A stretch of 32,000 nt of DNA from Erysipelotrichaceae bacterium (GTDB taxonomy: Bacteria > Bacillota_I > Bacilli_A > Erysipelotrichales > Erysipelotrichaceae). The notes below the pieces were generated by a model, which worked only from the letters and a program-made list of their open reading frames with translations, was not told where the DNA came from and did not search any database. The stretch is from the NCBI GenBank assembly GCA_030604855.1, contig JAUVVC010000001.1:210001-242000 (forward strand). The letters run 5' to 3'. This document shows positions 1 to 7,648 of this stretch, one piece after another (position 1 is the stretch's first letter; each line of letters starts with the position of its first letter). Position numbers and translations under genes: made by a program.

Positions 1-243
1 ATCCTTGATGTTTTCAAGCCAATCGTTGGGCAGGCTGCCTTCACGGTCGGTGATGTTCACAAAGATCAGATTGGATCCGATGCCACGGATCTGATTGGCG
101 GCTTCTTCACGTGCGCTGTTGCCCAAGGACATGAGCAAGATCACGGAAGATACGCCGATGATGACACCGAGGGTCGTCAAGAGGGCACGGATCTTATGTG
201 CCAATACGGAGCGGATGGCAATCGCGAAGTACTCTTTAAGCAT
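1..243 (-). CDS. MacB/FtsX-type ABC transporter permease, N-terminal 81 codons only (gene continues past the left edge)
   Basis: My translation of the reverse complement from ATG 243..241 gives [62 protein letters not shown]... This is the typical first TM helix and start of the extracytoplasmic domain of MacB-type permeases. The frame is open to position 1. The ATG overlaps the stop of the upstream ATPase gene by 8 nt. Confidence 0.8.
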   Translation of the reverse strand, partial: MLKEYFAIAIRSVLAHKIRALLTTLGVIIGVSSVILLMSLGNSAREEAANQIRGIGSNLIFVNITDREGSLPNDWLENIKD

Positions 244-919
244 GGTGTTGTACCTCATCTTGGATGACTTTGCCATCACGTAAGGTGATGATGCGATTGG
301 TGTTCTTTGCGACTTCCAAATCATGCGTGATGATGATGACGGTCTTCCCGCTTTGATTCAGTTTCTTCAACTGATTCAAGACTTCATGACCGGTCGTGGT
401 ATCCAAGGCTCCTGTGGGCTCATCCGCCAAGATGATGGCGGGATTGTTCGCAAGCGCACGTGCAATGGAGACCCGTTGTTGCTGGCCACCCGAGAGCTCG
501 GTGGGTTTATGATCCATACGATCGCCTAAGCCCACAAGATTCAAAAGTGCTTCGGCTTTTTCTTCACGTTTCTGTTTGGAGACTTTGGCATAGGTCATCG
601 GCATCATGACGTTCTCAATCGCTGTAAAATTATTCAAGAGGTTGAACTGTTGAAAGACAAAACCAATCTGTTGGTTTCGAATGTCCGCAAGTTCATCTTG
701 ATCATAGTCTTTGATGGATATCTTATTCAGTTCATACAAACCACTGGTGACGACATCCAGACAACCAATGATGTTCATCAGTGTGGATTTGCCGCTGCCG
801 GAAGGTCCGACGATGGCCACCATTTCACCTTCTTCGATTTGGATATCGATGCCATCCAAAGCTTTGACGACGTTATCGCCCATGAGATAACGTTTCGTTA
901 CGTTTTCGAGGCGGATCAT
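236..919 (-). CDS. ABC transporter ATP-binding protein, MacB/LolD-like
   Basis: 227-aa ORF with Walker [10 protein letters not shown], signature LSGGQQQRV, Walker B IILADEPT and H-loop ITHD. Its ATG overlaps the MFP stop as ATGA (916..919). Confidence 0.95.
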   Translation of the reverse strand: MIRLENVTKRYLMGDNVVKALDGIDIQIEEGEMVAIVGPSGSGKSTLMNIIGCLDVVTSGLYELNKISIKDYDQDELADIRNQQIGFVFQQFNLLNNFTAIENVMMPMTYAKVSKQKREEKAEALLNLVGLGDRMDHKPTELSGGQQQRVSIARALANNPAIILADEPTGALDTTTGHEVLNQLKKLNQSGKTVIIITHDLEVAKNTNRIITLRDGKVIQDEVQHHA

Positions 920-2244
920 TGATTCCCAATGATTGGGAAGAGGGAAGTCTTTTCAATGATGAGGACTTCTTTGCCTTCCAAATCCGCTCCGATCACTTCG
1001 ACATAAAAGGCATCGGCTAAACCAGTTTCAATGGGCAAATAATATTCAGATTGAGGACGACGACTGTTTTCAAGCCATTCTGCAGAGACCAGATAACGCT
1101 GTGTTCCTTCGGTAACGATGGCTTCAAAGGGTACGATCAAGATGTTTTCTTTAGTGTTGGTGATGATGGACGCACTACCGCTCATGCCCAAAAAGACAGT
1201 CGCATCCGCCGCATCGAATTCGATGGTCACAGGATAGGTCGTATAGTCTAGATTCGTGTTGCCGACATAAGCGATTTTCACGATCGAACCCTCAAAATGA
1301 CGATCGATGGCTTCGATGTAGATGTCCGCACTTTGACCGATGGAGATTTTGTGAATATCGGTTTCCGTAATGTCTACGGTCAGCTCCAAGGCTACAGGAT
1401 CGGCTATGACGAAACCGGTACTGAGACCGCTTGGAATGGAGGTGATGATGCCATCGCGTGTGGCGACGATCTTCACATTTGTTTTTAAGCTGGATTGATA
1501 TTCACCCAGTTTCTGATTCTTAGTAACGACATCGCCAACTTTGACATCGATTTTAGTCAAGCTGCCATCAATGGTGACACGTGTCTCTTGCGCAGCTTCC
1601 AGCTTACCATGGACAAAATAATCCCCATAGCCTTCCAGTTGCATCTTGCTGACGGCACTCATGCCGACGCGGACTTTGCTGGTATCCCCATCAAAACTAA
1701 GCGTGACGCCAAAGGTGCTTTGAGGACCCAGGATGGTAGCGACTTGATTGATCTTGGTAACGGAACCGTAAAAGGTTTGATCGATGGCAGAAACATAAAT
1801 TTCCGCATACTGTCCCAGTGAAACACGTTTGAGTTCGGTTTCTGGGAGTTGAATGACCATTTTGTATTGATTGGATCCAGCAATCGTCAAGGTCGAACCC
1901 AAGGCACTGGGGACTTCGGTCACCACGCCACTGACGGGGGCATATAAGCTGTTCGTGCTGGATTGACGTGTGTATTCCCCGAGAATGTCTCCTTTGCTTA
2001 CGACATCACCCAGGGCTACGAGGGTGTCGGTGACACTGCCATTGAGTTTGATGCGATCTTCATTGGAAGAGGTGAGTTTACCTGTGGCCAAGGCCAAGAG
2101 TTCAATCTTACCTTTTTCTATCGTGTAGGTTTTCACATCGGTCGGAGCTTGATTTCGAAAGCTCATAAAGATGACTGCAAGCACCAATACGATTAATCCT
2201 AAGAAAATCCATAGGGATTTGCGACTTTTTTTATTCTTTTTCAT
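916..2244 (-). CDS. Membrane-fusion (HlyD/MacA-family) efflux adaptor protein, internally duplicated
   Basis: The ORF track gives 916..2259. I prefer ATG 2244 (MKKNKKSRKS..., AGGA about 8 nt upstream) over 2259, which has no SD. It has an N-terminal TM helix LWIFLGLIVLVLAVIF. Lipoyl-type motifs are GSVTDTLVALGDVVSKGDILGEY...YAPVSGVVTEV and a second copy GSLTKIDVKVGDVVTKNQKLGEY...ATRDGIITSI. Barrel-like and membrane-proximal segments follow. Confidence 0.8.
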   Translation of the reverse strand: MKKNKKSRKSLWIFLGLIVLVLAVIFMSFRNQAPTDVKTYTIEKGKIELLALATGKLTSSNEDRIKLNGSVTDTLVALGDVVSKGDILGEYTRQSSTNSLYAPVSGVVTEVPSALGSTLTIAGSNQYKMVIQLPETELKRVSLGQYAEIYVSAIDQTFYGSVTKINQVATILGPQSTFGVTLSFDGDTSKVRVGMSAVSKMQLEGYGDYFVHGKLEAAQETRVTIDGSLTKIDVKVGDVVTKNQKLGEYQSSLKTNVKIVATRDGIITSIPSGLSTGFVIADPVALELTVDITETDIHKISIGQSADIYIEAIDRHFEGSIVKIAYVGNTNLDYTTYPVTIEFDAADATVFLGMSGSASIITNTKENILIVPFEAIVTEGTQRYLVSAEWLENSRRPQSEYYLPIETGLADAFYVEVIGADLEGKEVLIIEKTSLFPIIGNQ

Positions 2245-2701
2245 GTTCTGTTCCTTCATCCAGGCTGAGATGGCAATAGGCTACGATACGATCCAATATT
2301 CGATTGAAGAGCTCACTGTCTTCAGGTCCCAAGTAGTCGGCCATTTCCTTGAGTCCGACTTCAAATGCCTTAGAGCCTTGTTTGAGAATGTCTTTTCCTT
2401 GTTCGGATAAAGCAATCAGACTCGAACGTTTATCGTGTGGATCTTTGATGCGCACGACAAGCTCATTTTTTTCCAAAGCATTGATCAACTGTGTTGCGGC
2501 CGGAGCACTGATGTGATAGCTGTCTTTGATACGGCTGATGGCTACTGGTCCATCTTTGGTGATTTGTTGAATCATGACCAAATGTTGAAAATGTGCACTC
2601 TGAGCCTTCATGGCTTTGTGCATCAAGAGACTGTCCAATTGACGTAGATGGCGAAGATTATAAATCAATCTTTCGATGCTTTGCATGGTATTTTTGTTCA
2701 T
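2231..2701 (-). CDS. MarR-family transcriptional regulator
   Basis: 156-aa ORF with a MarR-type winged-helix region (ISAPAATQLINALEKNELVVRIKDPHDKRSSLIALSEQG). Its 3' end overlaps the MFP gene, so it is the first gene of the efflux operon. Confidence 0.9.
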   Translation of the reverse strand: MNKNTMQSIERLIYNLRHLRQLDSLLMHKAMKAQSAHFQHLVMIQQITKDGPVAISRIKDSYHISAPAATQLINALEKNELVVRIKDPHDKRSSLIALSEQGKDILKQGSKAFEVGLKEMADYLGPEDSELFNRILDRIVAYCHLSLDEGTEHEKE

Positions 2702-2708
2702 ATGCTTA

Positions 2709-2717
2709 AGTTTATCA
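2709..2717 (-). promoter_or_regulatory. Extended -10 promoter (TGaTAAACT) 7 nt upstream of the marR-like ATG; possible leaderless transcript
   Basis: The minus strand reads TGATAAACT-TAAGCAT-ATG. There is no Shine-Dalgarno sequence between the box and the ATG. A weak -35 (TTGATG, 2734..2739) sits at a 19-nt spacing. Confidence 0.4.
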
Positions 2718-2731
2718 CTTCACGCTTCATT

Positions 2732-2746
2732 TGCATCAACTATGCA
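2732..2746. promoter_or_regulatory. Perfect 5-5-5 palindrome TGCAT-CAACT-ATGCA overlapping the -35 region; candidate MarR operator
   Basis: The inverted repeat is read directly from the sequence. Its position over the putative promoter of the marR-like gene fits autoregulation. Confidence 0.3.
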
Positions 2747-2757
2747 CTAAATTCCGT

Positions 2758-2782
2758 AAAAAAACCAAGTGTTTCTACTTGG
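2758..2782 (-). terminator. Rho-independent terminator of the upstream ABC exporter unit
   Basis: The minus strand reads CCAAGT-AGAAAC-ACTTGG followed by T7. It starts directly after the permease stop codon (2783..2785). Confidence 0.75.
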
Positions 2783-4435
2783 CTAGACTTCCAAAGCATG
2801 AAGTTTGGTGATGCTCATCCGTGTCGTAAGGCGGATCAGCATCCAATTTATACCACTTAAAATGATAAAGATGGTGATGACAGTGAACCAATTGTTCGGA
2901 AGATACTTCATCAACATAAAGGGGAGAAAACTCAAGGCAAAGGCTGGGATCATCGTGAAGGCCGCATTCAGATTCTGTTTGACGGCCGCAGCTTCTTGTT
3001 CCCACACGAGTTTCGGACGTATGAGATCCACGATCATGCCCAGGTAGTTCATAAAGATCATGCCTTGGATCGACATCACCAAGATCAAGGCGATGACGAT
3101 GGGGTGCATCTTTAATAAGATGATGGCCGCAATCAGTGAAAAGAGGATGCCGAATAAACTCACCGCCAGACCACTGGCGATCTTGGCTTGGATTTGTTTG
3201 ACATAAGACATGGGAATGTATTTCATAAAGAAGATGTTAGAACCCTCACGTGAAAGCGCGGTAGGTGTGATCAGATTCATCGTACTCATCATCAAGCCTA
3301 AGGCCAATCCGGCAAAACTCACCACCAAGAGCAGATCGGGATTGGTCCAATCGATGCTGTTGATGAATGTGGATAGTTCTTCTTCTCCACTGCCGATACT
3401 GCTGCCGATCGAAACCAAGAAGATGATGGGGAGCAGAAATGCCGTGGCGATGTTGTTTAAAAGATAAATGGGGGTTCGAATCATCAAGCGCATTTCCTTT
3501 AGGAAGTAGCTCATGAATGCACCCTTGGTGGATGTTTCCTTCTGATAGGCTTTTAGATTCAGCTGTTTACGTCCTGCAGCGGTTTCATTGACACCAATGA
3601 TGCCAATGAAATAAATGATTTTGCTGATGTAAAGGAAGATAAATATAACAAGCGCTGTGATGACTAAGAAGAGAATGAAACTGATCCATGAACCATCGAC
3701 CAAACTCTGAATCGCAAAAGGTAGGTTGGGAAACATGAACTTAAAGATAGCCAAGAGGGAATTATTGCCCTCCGTCAACATCTGCAGCAATTTTTCCTGT
3801 GATAAAGTAGCCGTTCCACCAGCGACCATATTGATGCCGATGGCAAAGGCTAAAGCGAGAAAACCACTGGCATAATTGAAGAGGTCACGGTTTTTGAAGA
3901 AGGGCACGAAGGCCATGATCACCATGATGATGATCGCTCCAAAAGCGAGGGGAACGACCGGACTTAACAACAGAATTAGAATGACTTTGACATAAAAGAA
4001 GACGTCGGGATTCATCACTTGAACATAAGCAACCAAGACGGGAATCGCCAACATGAAGGTCGTCAGGTACTCGTAAACTACCGATAAGCAGAACTTGCTT
4101 AGAACGATTTCTTCAGCCTTTAGTGGCAATGCCAACAAGGTCTCACTGTCTTTACTGAAGTAATAGACCGCTGGAACCAAGAAGATGGACATGAAAAAGG
4201 TGACACTGCTCAAGGCAATGAACAGTAAACTCAACACCAAGCCTTCTTGTTGGATCGGAAGCAACATAAACAAGCCTTCCTTAGCCAACATATAAAGTGA
4301 GAAAAGGGTGGGCATGAACGCCACAAGCAGAAACAAACCCATGAACTTATTCAACTTACTGCGTTTTGTACGACCATCCAATAAGTTGAAGGTATTCTTG
4401 AGCATGACGATAAACAAAGCTTTGAATTTACGCAT
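2783..4435 (-). CDS. Polytopic membrane protein, putative ABC exporter permease (550 aa)
   Basis: Highly hydrophobic ORF with many predicted TM segments. Its ATG overlaps the stop of the preceding ABC ATPase by 8 nt (ATGCGTAA), indicating translational coupling. It resembles the uncharacterised 'putative ABC exporter' permeases of Firmicutes. No specific motif was recognised. Confidence 0.7.
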   Translation of the reverse strand: MRKFKALFIVMLKNTFNLLDGRTKRSKLNKFMGLFLLVAFMPTLFSLYMLAKEGLFMLLPIQQEGLVLSLLFIALSSVTFFMSIFLVPAVYYFSKDSETLLALPLKAEEIVLSKFCLSVVYEYLTTFMLAIPVLVAYVQVMNPDVFFYVKVILILLLSPVVPLAFGAIIIMVIMAFVPFFKNRDLFNYASGFLALAFAIGINMVAGGTATLSQEKLLQMLTEGNNSLLAIFKFMFPNLPFAIQSLVDGSWISFILFLVITALVIFIFLYISKIIYFIGIIGVNETAAGRKQLNLKAYQKETSTKGAFMSYFLKEMRLMIRTPIYLLNNIATAFLLPIIFLVSIGSSIGSGEEELSTFINSIDWTNPDLLLVVSFAGLALGLMMSTMNLITPTALSREGSNIFFMKYIPMSYVKQIQAKIASGLAVSLFGILFSLIAAIILLKMHPIVIALILVMSIQGMIFMNYLGMIVDLIRPKLVWEQEAAAVKQNLNAAFTMIPAFALSFLPFMLMKYLPNNWFTVITIFIILSGINWMLIRLTTRMSITKLHALEV

Positions 4436-5150
4436 TTTGGGTGACCTTCAAGAAAATGTCTTCCAAGGAAGCATTGGGATGGTCAAGTTTCAATTGTTCC
4501 AAGGAACCAAAATAGAGAAGCGCACCTTTATTTATGATGGCAACCTTACTGCACAGCTTTTCCGCAACTTCCAAGACATGGGTTGAAAAGAAGACGGTTT
4601 TACCGAGTGCGACATGTTCACGCATCATTTCTTTGAGGGCGAAGGCGGATTGAGGATCCAAACCGGTCAAGGGTTCATCCAAGATCCAGATCGATGGGGA
4701 GTGAATCAAGACCCCCATCACGACGATCTTCTGACGCATCCCATGGGAATAGGAGAGAATCTTATCGTTCAATGCACTCGTCATCTGAAAGGCTTCCGCA
4801 TATTTGGTGATGCGTTCACGACGGGTGTTCTCATCCACATCGTAGATGTCCGCCATGAAGTTGAGATATTCAATGCCTTTCAAACGTAGAAACATGTCGG
4901 GTGTATCGGGGACAAAGCCGAACTGTTGTTTGGCCTTAAGGGGACTCGACTGGATGTTGATGCCATTGAGCAGGATTTCACCCTCATCAGGATTCAAAAT
5001 CCCGGTCATCATCTTCAAAGTCGTGGTCTTACCGGCCCCATTGGGTCCGATGAAACCGATGATCTCACCGGCTTCGACGGTAAGGGAGAGTTGGTTGACA
5101 GCTTTGACCTGTCCAGAGTAGGTTTTTGAGATGTTTTTGATTTCAATCAT
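4428..5150 (-). CDS. ABC transporter ATP-binding protein (ABC-2/DrrA-like subfamily)
   Basis: The ORF track starts at 5213. I moved the start to ATG 5150 (MIEIKNISKTY..., GGAG 6 nt upstream). That removes the overlap with the upstream small gene. Motifs are Walker A GPNGAGKTT, signature variant YSHGMRQK and Walker B IWILDEP. Confidence 0.9.
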   Translation of the reverse strand: MIEIKNISKTYSGQVKAVNQLSLTVEAGEIIGFIGPNGAGKTTTLKMMTGILNPDEGEILLNGINIQSSPLKAKQQFGFVPDTPDMFLRLKGIEYLNFMADIYDVDENTRRERITKYAEAFQMTSALNDKILSYSHGMRQKIVVMGVLIHSPSIWILDEPLTGLDPQSAFALKEMMREHVALGKTVFFSTHVLEVAEKLCSKVAIINKGALLYFGSLEQLKLDHPNASLEDIFLKVTQNA

Positions 5151-5160
5151 GATGAGCTCC

Positions 5161-5469
5161 TTAAATGAACATCGAAAGACTAAGCATGAAGATGGAAAAG
5201 ACAGCAAGACCAAAACTTAAGTACATTTGACTGTCCAATAAACGATCTTTTGAACGTACGATGTTACTCACGTTCACAAGTGCGTTGATCCCAAAAGCTG
5301 ATAAGAGTGCCAACCACTTCGGTGCCGTTCGATTCACAGCCCCACTGAATGAGAATTGCATCGGGATGACATCCGGTAAAATGGGGTAGAGGAGGGCTAA
5401 GGCGATGGCTAGGCCAAACATGAGAAACATCAAAACACGGATTTGTTGACTTCGATCTAGATTTTTCAT
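5161..5469 (-). CDS. Small three-TM membrane protein, DUF1648-like (SdpI-associated domain type)
   Basis: 102-aa ORF with three hydrophobic helices. The segment LPDVIPMQFSFSGAVNRTAPKW after TM1 resembles the DUF1648 signature. It starts 4 nt after the recD2 stop and ends 10 nt before the ATPase ATG. Confidence 0.55.
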   Translation of the reverse strand: MKNLDRSQQIRVLMFLMFGLAIALALLYPILPDVIPMQFSFSGAVNRTAPKWLALLSAFGINALVNVSNIVRSKDRLLDSQMYLSFGLAVFSIFMLSLSMFI

Positions 5470-5473
5470 AGTT

Positions 5474-7648
5474 TCAGTCTAGCACTTCCATACTTTGATT
5501 TAAATACTCAATCAAACAGGTTGAGCGTGCTTCGTCTTGGTCCAATAAGGTCGTTTGAACGAAACGATCGGGATCGCCAATCAGAATCAGCGATTTGCTG
5601 GCTCGGGTGATGGCGGTATACAGAAGGCGTTTGCTGTGCATGAAGCGATGCTCCGGTACGATGGGTAGGATGACGATGGGATATTCACTGCCTTGGGCTT
5701 TGTGTACGGAGACACAGTACGCCAAGGTGATGTTCATGAAGTTTTCAGTAGTATACTCCACGATGCGGCCATCGAAATCCACGATGATGCGGTTCTGTTT
5801 CAAATGGTCCTCACTGGCGTAGATCACTTCCACCAGAATGCCGATGTCGCCATTGTAGACATCGTCGTTGGGTTGATTCTTGAGTTGGAGGATCTTGTCT
5901 TCCTCACGGAAGGTGGTGGTCCCGACTTTCAGTTCACGTTTGGCGAAATCACTTGGATTGACGACTTTCTGGATTGCGTGATTCAGATTATCGATGCCTG
6001 CCAAGCCACTGTACATGGGTGCCAAGACTTGAATGTCTTGAATGCTGTAGCCTTTCGTGAGGGCTTGTTGGACAAGCTTGATGATGATGTTCTTGACTTC
6101 AACCGCAGGTGCTTTGAACCATTTGATGTCTTGGGTGAGTTGATTGAAATTAAGCTCTTTGGTGCGCATCTGATGCGCGAGTTGAATGACATCCGAACCT
6201 TCCTTTTGGCGGTAAATGTGTTGAAGGGTGATGACGGGGAAACGTTTGGACGCAATCAGATCCCTTAAGACCTGACCCGGTGCGACACTGGGTAACTGAT
6301 CCTGATCTCCAACCAAGATGATCTTCTTGACTTGTGAAGAGGCATCCAATAAATGACTGAACAACCAGGTATCCACCATGGAGAACTCATCGATGATCAG
6401 ACAATCGATGGCCAAGGGCTGCTTCTCATTCATGCCAAAGGTATTGGTTTCCAAATCCCACTTCAATAAAGCATGGATGGTATAGGACTCCACTCCATTG
6501 AGCTCAAAGAGACGTTTGCTGGCACGTCCCGTTGGCGCTGCACAGGCCAGGGAATGACTTGGATAGAGTTGTCGGAAGAGTTGGATCATCGCACCGATGA
6601 CAGTTGATTTACCGGTACCCGGTCCACCGGTCATGATGGTGAAAGGACTATTGAAGAAGGTATGGATGGCTTCTTTCTGACTTTGGTCATACTGGATGCC
6701 AATGGCTTGTTCATGCAGTTCGATGCGATCATCCAAGATCATCTCATCGATGGGACTGAGATCTTGAAAAGGGAACTGACTTAATAGATGGGCAATACCT
6801 TGTTCAGCTTTAAACTGACTGGGATGATAAACTTTATCCTCCAAAAGGATGAGCTTATTCTCGCGGACACAGGAGAAAAGAATGGCTTCAAAATCACTCT
6901 GGAAATTCTTCTCAAAGACTTGACTCAAATGGTCGTATGAAACGTAGCTGTCGCCCCGACGCATGCATTCTTCCATCGTCATGGCGATCAAAGCCGCACT
7001 CAAGCGACGTGGATCATCCAAGTCGAAACCGATGGATAAGGCAAGTTTATCCGCGGTCTTGAAGCCGATGCCATCGACTTCTTCGATCAAGCGATAGGGA
7101 TTGGCTTTGACCAGAGCATATGCTTCCTTACCATAGACACGATCCAAACGCATGATGTTGCGGATACCTAGACCATGGGTGGTGAAGAAACGAATGGCTT
7201 CCTCATCTTCGCCATAATTCAAAAGACCCGCTTTGATACTTTCTTCTTTTTTAGGGGTATGACCCTTAACGTCTTTTAAGATACTGCTGTCTTCCTTTAA
7301 TCGCTTTAGACAATCCGGACCGAGATGTTCCACGACTGCTTCCGCAAATTTCTTACCAATCCCTGGAAAGAGAGGGGAAGATAAGAAGGTGATGATGGAC
7401 TCTGGTTCATCGGGTAAGACGCGATGGAAAGTTTCGATCTTGAACTGCATCCCAAAGCGGGGATGTTCGACATAATTGCCTTTAAGATTCAAAAGGATAT
7501 CATGGGGCATTTCGGGAAGATAGCCGGTGATGGTCACCAACTTCTCATTCAAATCATACAAACGAAAACGCGCTACGGTGTAGCGACTTTGTTCGTCTTG
7601 ATAGATGACATGACTGATTTTACCTTGGATTTCAATGGAATCCATCAT
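5474..7648 (-). CDS. recD2: SF1B ATP-dependent RecD-like DNA helicase RecD2
   Basis: 724 aa with Walker A GGPGTGKST, Walker B LIIDEFSMV and the VGDQDQLPSV motif. The C-terminal YCVSVHKAQGSEY...YTAITRA is typical of RecD2/YrrC. It lies downstream of mnmA, as in Bacillus. ATGA overlap with the CPBP gene stop. Confidence 0.92.
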   Translation of the reverse strand: MMDSIEIQGKISHVIYQDEQSRYTVARFRLYDLNEKLVTITGYLPEMPHDILLNLKGNYVEHPRFGMQFKIETFHRVLPDEPESIITFLSSPLFPGIGKKFAEAVVEHLGPDCLKRLKEDSSILKDVKGHTPKKEESIKAGLLNYGEDEEAIRFFTTHGLGIRNIMRLDRVYGKEAYALVKANPYRLIEEVDGIGFKTADKLALSIGFDLDDPRRLSAALIAMTMEECMRRGDSYVSYDHLSQVFEKNFQSDFEAILFSCVRENKLILLEDKVYHPSQFKAEQGIAHLLSQFPFQDLSPIDEMILDDRIELHEQAIGIQYDQSQKEAIHTFFNSPFTIMTGGPGTGKSTVIGAMIQLFRQLYPSHSLACAAPTGRASKRLFELNGVESYTIHALLKWDLETNTFGMNEKQPLAIDCLIIDEFSMVDTWLFSHLLDASSQVKKIILVGDQDQLPSVAPGQVLRDLIASKRFPVITLQHIYRQKEGSDVIQLAHQMRTKELNFNQLTQDIKWFKAPAVEVKNIIIKLVQQALTKGYSIQDIQVLAPMYSGLAGIDNLNHAIQKVVNPSDFAKRELKVGTTTFREEDKILQLKNQPNDDVYNGDIGILVEVIYASEDHLKQNRIIVDFDGRIVEYTTENFMNITLAYCVSVHKAQGSEYPIVILPIVPEHRFMHSKRLLYTAITRASKSLILIGDPDRFVQTTLLDQDEARSTCLIEYLNQSMEVLD

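Noticed and set aside
95-283. 62-aa plus-strand ORF at the left edge
   Set aside because: It is antisense to the MacB-type permease N-terminus and the ATPase C-terminus. It has a TTG start without an SD and no protein-like features.
3473-3482. GGTTCGAATC, a tRNA T-loop-like motif
   Set aside because: The flanking bases do not form a T-stem (TGGGG versus CATCA), and no acceptor or anticodon arms are present. It lies inside the permease coding sequence, so it is a coincidence.
5151-5213. 21-codon N-terminal extension of the ABC ATPase ORF (MVLLSFPSSCLVFRCSFKELI)
   Set aside because: The extension overlaps the upstream small membrane protein gene and lacks an SD. ATG 5150 has GGAG at ideal spacing and gives the canonical MIEIKNISK ABC N-terminus.
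5693-6268. 191-aa plus-strand ORF inside recD2
   Set aside because: It is antisense to the conserved helicase core of RecD2. It has no start context and an Asp/Val/Leu-rich composition characteristic of the reverse frame.
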